A stretch of 64,000 nucleotides of DNA from Microcoleus sp. GTDB taxonomy: Bacteria > Cyanobacteriota > Cyanobacteriia > Cyanobacteriales > Microcoleaceae. Both the position numbers and the translations under genes were made by a program. The stretch is taken from the NCBI GenBank assembly GCA_042408215.1, contig JAYFMW010000010.1, forward strand, positions 32,001 to 96,000. The letters run 5' to 3'. Within the stretch, counting starts at the first letter, position 1. The number at the start of each line of letters is the position of its first letter. Positions 50,803-60,930 of the stretch are shown in pieces. Below the pieces are notes generated by a model that made no database searches, was not told the origin of the DNA, and worked only from the letters and a program-made list of their open reading frames with translations.

Positions 50803-53283
50803 CTATTCTAGATTGCCTTTTCCAGACACATATCCATTATCTACAATCCGCCAAGCACCCCCAGAATTCCCTGTTAAATCGCAATCTTCAGCCCTTACAA
50901 TACCATCTCTATAAATTGCGATCGCCTCACCTTCATTCCCATTGATTCGACAGCGGCGCACAATCAATTTACCTCCCAACCCGACACCGATTCCTAGAGT
51001 GCCGTTGTCAAAAATATTGCAATCTTCCACCGTTGCTTTGCCATTATCGGAGATAAAAATTCCGTTCCATACCCCCTTGTGAATCTGACAGCGGCGAATC
51101 ACAGAATCAGCATCAGCGCCACAAATTACCATAACAGAATAATCCGCAGAAGTGATATCACAGTCTTCTATGATTAACTTGCCTTTGCGAATATCTACCG
51201 CGTAGTATTTCCCTGTTGCGTTGAGCGTTAAACCTCGGACTACAGCACTGTCTGTTTGCATTTTAATGCAGTTTGAGTTGCTACTTTCAATGATAATACT
51301 ATCGGCTGCTCCGCTGCCGATAATTTCTACCGATTTGTCGAGAATTAGACTTTCCTGATACAAGCCGGGATGCACGTAAATGCGGGTATCCGGTGCCGCA
51401 TTTTTTAGCGCTTCACCGATTGTAGTATAATTGCCTTGACCTTGTTGAGAAACAACAAATTCTTGATTGTTCAAAACTTTTGGTTCTGAAGTTGAGTCTT
51501 CAGTTGGCTTTAATTCTGAATCAAATTGCTGAGATTCTCGATCGCCCTTTAGGGATTTGGCTTGCGCTTCGGAAAGTTGTGCATTTATCTGTAACCTTTC
51601 TTGAGCAACGGTTTCTAACTGATTTTCTAACTCAGATACTTGAGATTGCAGTTGATTTTTCACCCCATCTGCTGTCTGCAATTGACTTTGAACTTCCGAG
51701 AGTTGGGATTGAATTTGCGATCGCTCTTGATGCGCTGTTTCTAACTCAGATTGCAGTTGCGCTCGACTTTGAGCTACATTTTCTAACTGATTTTCTAACT
51801 CATATACTTGAGCTTGTAGTTGATTTCCCCCCCCATCTGCTGTCTGCAATTGACTTTGAACTTCCGAGAGTTGGGATTGAATTTGCGATCGCTCTTGATG
51901 CGCTGTTTCTAACTCAGATTGCAGTTGCGATCGACTTTTAGCGACATTTTCTAACTGATTTTCTAACTCAGATACTTGAGATTGCAGTTGATTTTTCACC
52001 CCATCTGCTGTCTGCAATTGAGTTTGAACTTCCGAGAGTTGGGATTGAATTTGCGAGCCTTCTCCCCTAGCAGTTTCTAATTGAGCTTGTACTTCCGATA
52101 ACTGAGACTGAATTTGCGATCGATCTGACTCGCCATCATTTATTTGAGTCTGCAATTCTGACACCTGAGACAGCAGTTGATCTCGCTCTTGAATAAAAAT
52201 ATTTGACTGATTTTGTAGCTCCGACAACTCATAATTTAACTGCACTTTTTCTCGATTAACCGATTCTAACTGTAACTGTAATTCCGACAGTACATAATTA
52301 ATTTGATCTCGTTCCCCCTGAGCAGCGTCTAACAGATATTGCGATGATGATAGTTGAGAATTAAGTTGCGATCGCTCCTGACTTGCACTAGCCAATTCAC
52401 CCTCTAATTCTAACACCTGACAATCTAAAACCTGGCGTTCCTCAATCACAGCTTCTAATTGTCTTTCTAGTTTAAGTAATTGAGATTTAGTTTGCCTGTA
52501 TTTTTTCTGAGTAATTTCCATTTGAAAATTGATCGTTTTGCCATCGACTTTGGCGTTTTCCAATTCAGTTTCCAGCTCAGCAAATTGACAAATAAATTGC
52601 GTTCGCACTCCCTCGACTAATTCTAATTGAGCTTGCAAATCCGACAATTGAGACTGAAGTTGATCCCGCTCTTGAATGCTGCGATCGAACCTAATTTGAA
52701 TTTCCGCAAGTTGGTACTGTAGCTGCAAACCTGCTTGGTTAGCAGTTTCCAATTGGCCATTAAATTCAGACAGCAGAGCATCAAATTGAGCGCGTTCTGC
52801 ATCAACCGTCTCTAACTCTGCTTGCATTGACAGCACTTGAGCGTTAAGTTGCGATCGCTGCTGCTGCGAAACTTCTAATTGAGCTTGAACTTCTGCCAAT
52901 TCCGATGAATTCGAGTCAACCTGTTGAGAATTTTCTAATTGCAATTGCAAGTCAGAAAGCAGAGAATCAAATTGCTCGCGCTCAGCATTAATTACTGCTA
53001 ACCTTCCTTCCAACTCAGACACCTGAGAGTGTAACTTTTCTTGCTCCCAACTCACCATTTCAAACCGAGATTGCAACTGAGATAATTGAGAATTTAGGTG
53101 ATTTTTATCCTGCACCTCTTGGCGCAATTCCAAGCTTCTCGTATTTAAGTGCGACTCCAACTGCGACAGAGCCTGCTGCGAACCCTCCATCCGCATCAAA
53201 TTGCGAGAGTTTCGCTTATTCAAAATTATCCAGCAGACTAATGCACCGCCCCCAAATCCTATTAATAAAAGTAATGCTTGCAT
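50803..53283 (-). CDS. Membrane-anchored coiled-coil protein with C-terminal right-handed beta-helix domain
   Basis: N-terminal TM segment, Q/E/L heptads with ~60-aa internal repeats, YTTIGEAL...PGLYQE and PbH1-like repeats. Confidence 0.85.
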   Translation of the reverse strand: MQALLLLIGFGGGALVCWIILNKRNSRNLMRMEGSQQALSQLESHLNTRSLELRQEVQDKNHLNSQLSQLQSRFEMVSWEQEKLHSQVSELEGRLAVINAEREQFDSLLSDLQLQLENSQQVDSNSSELAEVQAQLEVSQQQRSQLNAQVLSMQAELETVDAERAQFDALLSEFNGQLETANQAGLQLQYQLAEIQIRFDRSIQERDQLQSQLSDLQAQLELVEGVRTQFICQFAELETELENAKVDGKTINFQMEITQKKYRQTKSQLLKLERQLEAVIEERQVLDCQVLELEGELASASQERSQLNSQLSSSQYLLDAAQGERDQINYVLSELQLQLESVNREKVQLNYELSELQNQSNIFIQERDQLLSQVSELQTQINDGESDRSQIQSQLSEVQAQLETARGEGSQIQSQLSEVQTQLQTADGVKNQLQSQVSELENQLENVAKSRSQLQSELETAHQERSQIQSQLSEVQSQLQTADGGGNQLQAQVYELENQLENVAQSRAQLQSELETAHQERSQIQSQLSEVQSQLQTADGVKNQLQSQVSELENQLETVAQERLQINAQLSEAQAKSLKGDRESQQFDSELKPTEDSTSEPKVLNNQEFVVSQQGQGNYTTIGEALKNAAPDTRIYVHPGLYQESLILDKSVEIIGSGAADSIIIESSNSNCIKMQTDSAVVRGLTLNATGKYYAVDIRKGKLIIEDCDITSADYSVMVICGADADSVIRRCQIHKGVWNGIFISDNGKATVEDCNIFDNGTLGIGVGLGGKLIVRRCRINGNEGEAIAIYRDGIVRAEDCDLTGNSGGAWRIVDNGYVSGKGNLE

Positions 53284-53599
53284 GGGCTTTATCTAATTGA
53301 TATAAATGACTTCCCCCGATTTCTTCATCTCGCAAAGGACTGAGCAAGAAATCGCTACCTTTCTCAAAGGTATCACGACTTGCGCCATCGCGCTTACTTG
53401 TAAGAGCCGTTTATATTTATTTACAATCACCCAATTGCATTCACCTTCCGGGGCGGGTTTCACCAACCATCTTAACCTGAAACTAATAGAACTTACGCAT
53501 AAACCCTATCTGTAGAGTCCGCCCTGTGCACCTTACCGATAGGAATAATGCTTCACCCCGGAATCTCTCAAATCCTTTGAGATTATTTGTTGGAGATGT

Positions 53600-54784
53600 C
53601 TAATGCAGCAAAGCCGCAATATGAGGAATAATCCCGATATGCTGAGTCAGCAAATAATCTAGCCGATCCGCCAGCAAACTAAAAATCAAATCATTATAAC
53701 TCATCCCATATTCCGCCAAACCGAGAGCTACCAAACTCGTCACATTTTCCGTAGGGCGTTTCAGATCCGGTTTCGGATTAGCCTCCAAAACATAAAGTTC
53801 TCCATTCGCATCACTCCTGACATCAATCCGCACCAAACTATTCAAACTAAACTCCCAATAAATTTTCCGAGCCAAATCAATTAACTCCTGCTTTAGTTCC
53901 GGTTCCTCCGCGCCCATCAACTTTCCGCGATCGGCAGTAATCGCCTTTTTATCCATAGAAGTAAAGATCAGTTCATCAGACTCCAGCACTCGCTCTACAG
54001 TCGAAAAAGCCAAGGGTTTTGTATTTTTAGAAAAACCACCATGAGCATAAGTAACATAGCCACAAACCGCCACGCAAAACTCTCGTCCAGGTAAATATTT
54101 TTCAATCAAAGCAGTATTGTGAGTTGCCCGATGAACTTCCGAAACAGCCTGAGACAAACCCTCAATTTTGTCTACAAAATGGACGTGCAGTGAAGCGCGA
54201 CCTGATACTGGCTTGACGATAAAAGGCCCTTGATATTCGTCAAAAGCAATGGCAAAACGCTCGTGCAAATTAGGTCGAAGAATCCCTTGAGAAGGATGCC
54301 AAGTCATAAAGGGAGCTGTTTTTATCCCTACCGATTGCAGTTCCCGTTTAAAAGCGTGTTTGTTATCTAAAGTCGAACTGTTTAAAGGATTGTGACCGAC
54401 ATAAGGCATTCCCAACATTTCCAACAAAGCAGGAGTGTGACAAACAGGATTATAGCCCTGCACGCCGCCAGTATTCAGCCATACTAAATGGATGTTTTCT
54501 CGTTTTAGCTGCTCCGGCAATTTCATGTCGTCAGGTAGCACAAATACCTGCTTGAAGCCAATTTCTTCTAAGGCCTTAGCAATCTCGCGGGCTACCACTT
54601 CGTAACTCTTCCAAGAGCGGGGATTGTGTGTTTTGTAAATCACAGAACCTTCTCGATCGCAGTCGCCGCCGAACACAACAGCAATCCGCAATTTAGCAAA
54701 CAGCACCTCCAAATATTGAGGCAGCAAACTAAAGTCGTAATGCAAGGAATTCGCACTAATTGGTGTTGCAATCATATCACTCAT
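53600..54784 (-). CDS. D-Ala-D-Ala ligase-like ATP-grasp protein
   Basis: IAVVFGG, LEMLGMPYVG, DNK, IVKP, EKYLPGRE, RIDVR and LEANPKP motifs. Confidence 0.8.
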   Translation of the reverse strand: MSDMIATPISANSLHYDFSLLPQYLEVLFAKLRIAVVFGGDCDREGSVIYKTHNPRSWKSYEVVAREIAKALEEIGFKQVFVLPDDMKLPEQLKRENIHLVWLNTGGVQGYNPVCHTPALLEMLGMPYVGHNPLNSSTLDNKHAFKRELQSVGIKTAPFMTWHPSQGILRPNLHERFAIAFDEYQGPFIVKPVSGRASLHVHFVDKIEGLSQAVSEVHRATHNTALIEKYLPGREFCVAVCGYVTYAHGGFSKNTKPLAFSTVERVLESDELIFTSMDKKAITADRGKLMGAEEPELKQELIDLARKIYWEFSLNSLVRIDVRSDANGELYVLEANPKPDLKRPTENVTSLVALGLAEYGMSYNDLIFSLLADRLDYLLTQHIGIIPHIAALLH

Positions 54785-55881
54785 TTTTCCTTTTTGCTTG
54801 ATTGTTTCTCAGCCGAACCGCTAGATTTGGCGAAATATATGCCACCCAAAACCACCGAAAAAGCCAACCAGTTGAGGAAAGTCAATTTTTCGGCAAATAA
54901 CACCCAAGCAATAATCGCCGTAATCACAGGTTCTAAGAGCAGGAAAAGAGCCACAAAACCTGATGACAAACGGCCGAGACTGTGGATGAGAAGTCCCTGA
55001 CCGAAAGCTTGGCAAACAACAGCCAGAGCGATTACAGCTAGCCATCCCTGCCAAGAATAAGGGAAAACTCGATCGCCCGCAAGCAGCACCAGTGGCAAAA
55101 TCAATATACTGCCAATAAAACAGCGCCACATCAATATAGTTGTCGCCGGAAACTTGGTTCGCAAATGTTCTGCAATCAGTAGATTTCCTGCATAGAACAT
55201 CGCCGATAAAAGAGCAGTAATATCACCTGCAAGATGATCTCCCGCAGTTTGCAAATCCTCGACTCCGATCGCGATCGCACCAGCCAAAGCCACCACCATT
55301 CCCACTAAAAACCTGTTGTCAAAACGGCGGCCCAACAGTAGCCAACCCCCCAAAGTAGTAAACAAAGGAGTTAAATTCCGCAGTACAGTAGAATTAGCCA
55401 CATTAGTCTGAGTCAGCGACCAAGCCCAGAAGCCCAAGGAAGCAGAAGAAACTACGCCTACGGCTGTTAACAGCAGGAAATCGCTCAGAGTGTAGTTCGA
55501 TCGCACTTCCGGTTCTGGATCAGACATTCGGCGGCGCGCCGCACCTACACCGTTCCACACTGCAAACACAACAGTTGCAATCCACAAACGGTTAAAAACA
55601 GTAGCATTCGGGCCGATTTCTCGTTCGCTCAATCTAATAAAAATTGCGGCTAGCGACACAGCCAGCAGCGCCGCCGACAGCGAAACGATCGCCCAAAAAG
55701 TATCTTGATTCTCAACTAATTCACCCTCTTTTATATCATCTAAATCATCTAAATCATCTGGGTTTGCAGAAACAATACTTGTTACCTGTTCAGTTGTTAA
55801 AGTAGAATTTAACTGATTAGTCTCCCAAGTATTTCGCTGTAGCTCAATATTTTGCTCTGGCAATCCCAGTTTATTTGACAT
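54781..55881 (-). CDS. DMT/EamA family transporter
   Basis: Two EamA repeats, about 10 TM segments; stop overlaps the ATP-grasp start. Confidence 0.88.
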   Translation of the reverse strand: MSNKLGLPEQNIELQRNTWETNQLNSTLTTEQVTSIVSANPDDLDDLDDIKEGELVENQDTFWAIVSLSAALLAVSLAAIFIRLSEREIGPNATVFNRLWIATVVFAVWNGVGAARRRMSDPEPEVRSNYTLSDFLLLTAVGVVSSASLGFWAWSLTQTNVANSTVLRNLTPLFTTLGGWLLLGRRFDNRFLVGMVVALAGAIAIGVEDLQTAGDHLAGDITALLSAMFYAGNLLIAEHLRTKFPATTILMWRCFIGSILILPLVLLAGDRVFPYSWQGWLAVIALAVVCQAFGQGLLIHSLGRLSSGFVALFLLLEPVITAIIAWVLFAEKLTFLNWLAFSVVLGGIYFAKSSGSAEKQSSKKEK

Positions 55882-56031
55882 GATTAACAATTCTCACTCG
55901 TGGCAGAAAACAGAAGGAAGGCAGAAGGCAGAAGGCAGAAGTCGATGAGACCGGGCAATAAAATTAATGGCTTCAGCAATTAATCACGTCCTAACTGCCT
56001 CGGCGGTTGCTACATAATTAATAGCAGCCTA

Positions 56032-56532
56032 CTAGGTTGAGGGTTTAACAGAAAGCTTTGCCAAAGCCTCCTTCAGCACCAGGGGTAATTGACGGATAAT
56101 CTTGCCCTTTTCGCGATCGACACCTACCAAAGTCACCAGTGCTGTCACATATAACTCCTCACCGTCAGCCGATCGAATTTCATAATCCCAAACCAGCCGC
56201 ACACCATCACCAGCAGTCATCCGCGTTCTAACTGCCACAGCTTGCCCCATCTGTACAGCCCGGTGGTAGCGAAGAGAAAGTTCCACCACCGGCAATTCCA
56301 AACCTTGAGCCACCCAGTCAGCATACTCAATCCCAAGGGAGCGCAAACTTTCTACCCTAGCCTCCTCCATCCAAGCCAGATAAGTACCGTGCCAAACCGC
56401 ACCGCTGTAGTCGGTATGGTGAGGGTATACTCGCACCAAATATTCAAACCAGCCCTCAGAGTCTATCCCAGACAGGCTTTGAATAGTACCCGCCGGTGGC
56501 AGTTCCGGTTGAGTTCGATCGTTCTCTAACAC
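56032..56532 (-). CDS. Acyl-CoA thioesterase (4HBT/YbgC family)
   Basis: RVYPHHTDYSGAVWHGTYLAWMEEAR motif. Confidence 0.88.
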   Translation of the reverse strand: MLENDRTQPELPPAGTIQSLSGIDSEGWFEYLVRVYPHHTDYSGAVWHGTYLAWMEEARVESLRSLGIEYADWVAQGLELPVVELSLRYHRAVQMGQAVAVRTRMTAGDGVRLVWDYEIRSADGEELYVTALVTLVGVDREKGKIIRQLPLVLKEALAKLSVKPST

Positions 56533-56676
56533 TTTACAAATCGTTCCAAAACGCTACACTTCTACAAATCATAAGGCAAACTTCAGGCTTATGCTTAACA
56601 ACAGTAACCAACTAGAGCATCAACGCCCTAGTTTAAGGCCACACAACACAACTCAACTGTTTTCACCGCCAAAACC

Positions 56677-56910
56677 GTCAGGAACCCCGTTCTTAAGAGA
56701 CGGGGCTTGTAAGAGTAATCAAACAAGCCGTTCTGACCAGCTATCGTCTTAACTGACTACGTTTTTTGAGTCACGACACCGGGCGAATGCGAAGCTAGTT
56801 CCTTGCTCTGTCGCTGGTGGTTAAACAGTTTTAAGGTCACTGAAACAGTGCTGCCAGCCGGCGCAAGCTCATTAAACATTGGCGAAGCTAACATTACCCC
56901 GAAAGGGAGG
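56677..56910 (+). ncRNA. omega RNA / HEARO RNA scaffold
   Basis: Ordered HEARO-type motifs GTCA...GGGGCTTG...TGACCAG...CTACGTT...GACACC...GAATGC...CTAGTTCC.TGCTCTGTC...TTAAACAG...CAGTG...AACATTGGCGAAGC.AACATTACC. Confidence 0.78.
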
Positions 56911-57076
56911 CTACCTAAGTAGCAAAACACTATGCGATCGCGGGCTGTAAGATTTGAAACGGTAACTGTCCCGTTGAAAGTGCATTACAAAAGTACACCG
57001 AATTAAGCAGTCCCAAGGCGGTAGTGATAACTGTAAAGCCGTCCTAAAAGGACGGGGTTTCAAACCCATTTTTCTG
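56677..57076 (+). mobile_element. Non-autonomous IscB-type IS200/IS605 element (iscB ORF deleted)
   Basis: Starts GTCA plus hairpin ccccgt.cttaagagacgggg; ends with hairpin ccgtcctaaaaggacgggg...tttctg before ATGA. Confidence 0.75.
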
Positions 57077-57928
57077 ATGATTGAAAAAATATTAGTAGCC
57101 GTCGCCGGTCGCGGTCTGTGCGAAGAGATGTTTAATATGTTGATGGACATCCCTTCCTTGCAAAAAACCTCTGTCACCGTCTTGCACGTCGTGCCGCCCC
57201 AAGTAACATCCGATGGTATGGCCGACAAGTTGGAAGAAGGAGGCAAGATTTTAGCACAAGCCATCCAATCCTTAAAAATAGATCCCAGCAGAGTTAATCC
57301 TCGACTCAAACAGGGAGACCCCAAAACCACAGTTTGCCAAGTCGCAGAAGAAGAACAATCCGACTTAGTAATCATGGGTTCGCGGGGATTTGGCAGACTG
57401 CAATCAATTCTGGAAAATTCGGTCAGTCAGTACGTTTTCCAGCTAACATCCCGGCCGATGCTGTTGGTAAAAGACGACATTTACGTCAAAAAAATCAAGC
57501 GCGTCATGGTAGCGATCGACAAATCCGAATCCGCCAAACAATCCTTGGATCTAGCCCTATCTTTAGTCAAAGAAGTTGACGGCGGACAGATAATTTTAGT
57601 ACACGTCACCAAAGATTTGACCGGAAAATCCACTGAAGATTTAACAGCAGGTGCTGAAAAAGACCCCGTACTAGCGCCCGCAGTAGCACTCGCGAAACAA
57701 ATGGGAGTTAGCTACCGCTGTGCGAGCGCCACAGGCAAGCCAGGGGAAACAATTTGTCGGTTTACAGACGAAATGAACGCCGACTTATTAGTGATTGGTT
57801 CACCCGATCGCCGTCCTAGCGTTGCCAAGTCCTTTATCGATCTCGATCGACTCCTCGGAAACTCTCTGTCAGACTACGTGCGAGTCTACGCCAATTGTCC
57901 CGTATTGCTAGCCCGGACGACCGGCTAA
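57077..57928 (+). CDS. Universal stress protein (two Usp domains)
   Basis: ILVAV...DLVIMGSRG..SVS and a second domain LLVIGS...CPVLL. Confidence 0.92.
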   Translation: MIEKILVAVAGRGLCEEMFNMLMDIPSLQKTSVTVLHVVPPQVTSDGMADKLEEGGKILAQAIQSLKIDPSRVNPRLKQGDPKTTVCQVAEEEQSDLVIMGSRGFGRLQSILENSVSQYVFQLTSRPMLLVKDDIYVKKIKRVMVAIDKSESAKQSLDLALSLVKEVDGGQIILVHVTKDLTGKSTEDLTAGAEKDPVLAPAVALAKQMGVSYRCASATGKPGETICRFTDEMNADLLVIGSPDRRPSVAKSFIDLDRLLGNSLSDYVRVYANCPVLLARTTG

Positions 57929-58011
57929 ACTCCAACAATTTTGGATTTGAGATTTGGGATTTTGGATTTTTCCCACCAATGAATCCAAAATCGGCACGGT
58001 CAACATTCAAC

Positions 58012-58051
58012 AAAAAAAGCGCCAAAGCAAAAAGCTATTGGCGCTTTTTTT
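58012..58051. terminator. Bidirectional intrinsic terminator between usp and psbM
   Basis: aaaaaaagcgcca...tggcgcttttttt. Confidence 0.7.
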
Positions 58052-58088
58052 CCCAATGCACAAATCCAGACAAAAATAGCAGAAATTG

Positions 58089-58202
58089 CTAATCTTTTCT
58101 GCCTTGGCGGCTAGCTGTTTGAATGTACAGAATGATTAGAAAAACACTGGGAACCAAAACAAACAGAATGGTTGCCACAAACCCTAGATCGTTAACTTGC
58201 AT
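58089..58202 (-). CDS. psbM: Photosystem II reaction center protein M
   Basis: [37 protein letters not shown]; below the ORF-track size cutoff. Confidence 0.93.
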   Translation of the reverse strand: MQVNDLGFVATILFVLVPSVFLIILYIQTASRQGRKD

Positions 58203-58525
58203 GATTTACCCCGCCTCTATCTGAAAATAGCAAAATACAGAACTAGGATACCACTCAAAGGTAGAAGGCAGAGCGAGGGAGTCGGAGAGAGTGTCCGAAT
58301 GGGGAATGGGGTCGAAGAGCATTGGGCCTTGAGAATTGGGCCTTGGGAATTGGGCATTGGGCTGGGGAATAGTTTCTTTTTTCTTCCCTCTTGCTTCTTC
58401 CCTCTTGCTTCTTCCCTCTTGCTTCTTCCCTCTTCCTGACATCCGTTAAATCCGTTAAATCCGTTAAATCCGTTAAATCCGTTACAGAATCCGTTGCCGA
58501 ACTTCCCTCTTCCTTCTTCCTTCCG

Positions 58526-58822
58526 TTAGGGCTTAGTCTTGACGCTCACCGGGCCATTGACCAAAGATTGACAAGCCAACCGATAGTTTTCGGGCTTTTT
58601 CTTGAGCTTGCGGTTCTCAAAGTCAGTGCGGGGCGAAAGATTTTCGCTTCCCTCGACAATTTCCACAATGCAAGTGCCACATTGACCGTAGCCCCCGCAA
58701 TTCATCATCTTTCCCGAAAAAGTGTACAAGTCGATGCGGTTTTCTAGAGCTTTGAGCCTCAAATTGGCTCCGTCTGCTGCAATGACTTCCTGATTTTCCT
58801 TCACAAACTTGATATTAGCCAT
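58526..58822 (-). CDS. 2Fe-2S ferredoxin-like protein
   Basis: [10 protein letters not shown]...RLACQ motif. Confidence 0.92.
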   Translation of the reverse strand: MANIKFVKENQEVIAADGANLRLKALENRIDLYTFSGKMMNCGGYGQCGTCIVEIVEGSENLSPRTDFENRKLKKKPENYRLACQSLVNGPVSVKTKP

Positions 58823-58939
58823 TGCCCGTTCCTTAACACAGTTGACATGATTCTCTATTACAGAATATTAACTAATGTGTCGGACATTTAATACCCGATC
58901 GCCCATTTTCCTGACAATCAAAGGACGATCGCCCCAATC

Positions 58940-60826
58940 TCAAGGAGTCCTAGATAGATTGTTACTAGGAAGATTGCTCACAGCCCGCTGGAGAGACGCC
59001 AGCGATCGGTTGTAACCAATAATTGCCAAAAGTCGGTTTCTTTCAGCCCTAGTCAAATCCGTTTCCGCCTGAATCACATCCGTCTGAGTGCCCACACCAG
59101 CTTGAAAGCGAAGTCTGGCCAAACGCAAAGCTTCCCTCGACTGCAAAACTCCCGCCTCAGAAGTTTCGATATTCTCAAAACTCGACTCCAAGCCAAAATA
59201 AGCTTGTTCCACTTCCCGGCGCACCTGGTTGCGGAGTTGGTCAAAGCGACTTTCGGCGATCGCAATATCAGCATCCCGCTGTTTCACCCTCGCCTTCGCC
59301 GCACCGCCGTCAAAGATACTCCAAGTCAGACTCGCCCGGATCGCATAGCCGTCCGCCCAGCCGCGAGCAGCAAAGGGGTTAGGATCATCAGGGTCTTGCC
59401 CCAGCACATTGTAACTACCGGAAACACTCAGTTGAGGCAAACGCCCGGCCAAAATCGATCGGCGCTGCTGCTTACTAATATCCCTCTGTACCAACTGCTG
59501 TTCCAACTCAGCACGATTCTTAAAAGCCTGCACGATACTCTCTTCCAGAGACATCTTCCAAGAGCCCGCTTGCTCCACCGGGTCTCCCGCCGTCAAATTC
59601 GACGACTGACTGACGTTCAATTCTTCAGCCAACTGACGCTGGCGGATTCGCTGGTCGCGGCGGGCATTTGCGAGCTGCTGCTGTTCATTAGCCAAATTTG
59701 CCTGAGCCTGTAACACTGCAAACCGGGTTCCCACCCCAGCCCGTTCCAAGGCTTCCGCATCCCGCAAACTTTGCTGAGCATTTCTCACCGAAGCTTGGCG
59801 GATAGCAACTTGTCCGTCTGCATCTTGCAGGTTGTAGTAAGCATCAGTCACATCAAAGCGGAGTTGCTCGGCTTGGCGTTCTACGTCGAGTTCCCGAAAG
59901 CGCAACTGTTCCCTGGCGGCGCGGATGTTAGCGAGCCGGCGGCCGAACAAATCAACGTCGTAGCTCAACTGCAAAGTGCTGTTGAGACTGTTACTGCCCA
60001 AATTTGGGCCTGCTTGGGTGGCTGGCTGTCCGGTTTGGCTGGCCTGAAAGTTGAGGTTGCGCTGCTGAGCCCGCACTCCTAGTTCTCCGCCGGCGCTCAC
60101 AGAGCGGCTCGCGTCCATTTGAAAATTGAGGTCTGGATACAAAGCTGCTTGTTGTTCCCGCAGGACCGATCGTGTCTGTTGCAATTGCAGATCGGCAATT
60201 TGCAAAGTTGGGCTGTTGCGACGCGCCTGGTCCACCGCCTGTTGTAAGGTAATTGCCTGAGTTTCCTCGATCCTGACATCATTTGGTTGAGTCGGGAACA
60301 ACAGCGGATTCGGGTTAGGTTCCAGGGTTCTCGGTGGCTTGGTTTCTAAAGTGCTGTTGGGAGGATTGGGCGGAAAACTTTCGATCGGCGTACCCCTAGT
60401 AGCTGGTGGGGAAATTGGAACTGGAATGATGTTGGGGCTCTTGGGGGAAGGTGCGCGCTGGGCGATCGAAGTTGGTGCTGGTTTCGCACTTTCAACTGCA
60501 ACTACTGGTTGCGATTTTTGAGCAGTTTCGGCATTAGAGCTTTGTTGCGGCGGATTACCTGTCGCGGAGTTTTGCTGAGACTGACTTGAGGGGGAAAGTG
60601 CGATCGACTCTGATGCTTGTTCTGGCGCTGTTTGCGGGTCTAATTTAACATTCTGCCCAACAGGGAGCTGATTACTTTCGGCCGAACTCTCCTGGGACTG
60701 AACCGGAGGCTGTGCTGAAGCACTCTGTCCCACATTGCCCAAAGTAATTGCAGCACCTACTCCCAATACCACGATTTGACGAAAAACACGCATAAATTTT
60801 AAATTATTCTGCAATTCTAGAGACAA
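58940..60826 (-). CDS. TolC family outer membrane protein
   Basis: Signal region and two OEP repeats (ERAGVGTRFAVLQAQ, FQAGVGTQTDVIQAE). Confidence 0.9.
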   Translation of the reverse strand: MSLELQNNLKFMRVFRQIVVLGVGAAITLGNVGQSASAQPPVQSQESSAESNQLPVGQNVKLDPQTAPEQASESIALSPSSQSQQNSATGNPPQQSSNAETAQKSQPVVAVESAKPAPTSIAQRAPSPKSPNIIPVPISPPATRGTPIESFPPNPPNSTLETKPPRTLEPNPNPLLFPTQPNDVRIEETQAITLQQAVDQARRNSPTLQIADLQLQQTRSVLREQQAALYPDLNFQMDASRSVSAGGELGVRAQQRNLNFQASQTGQPATQAGPNLGSNSLNSTLQLSYDVDLFGRRLANIRAAREQLRFRELDVERQAEQLRFDVTDAYYNLQDADGQVAIRQASVRNAQQSLRDAEALERAGVGTRFAVLQAQANLANEQQQLANARRDQRIRQRQLAEELNVSQSSNLTAGDPVEQAGSWKMSLEESIVQAFKNRAELEQQLVQRDISKQQRRSILAGRLPQLSVSGSYNVLGQDPDDPNPFAARGWADGYAIRASLTWSIFDGGAAKARVKQRDADIAIAESRFDQLRNQVRREVEQAYFGLESSFENIETSEAGVLQSREALRLARLRFQAGVGTQTDVIQAETDLTRAERNRLLAIIGYNRSLASLQRAVSNLPSNNLSRTP

Positions 60827-60930
60827 TTTTTAAGCAAGAGTGAAGTCTCTAATTTCCAGTCTAAACTCAGGTGTCCCAGGTCAGAATAACTCTCTTTTGG
60901 GACTTTTGAATTGAATCCTTGACTGAAAAT

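Noticed and set aside
53600..54784. MysD / mycosporine biosynthesis cluster
   Set aside because: No mysABC genes in the window and the N-terminus does not resemble MysD as recalled
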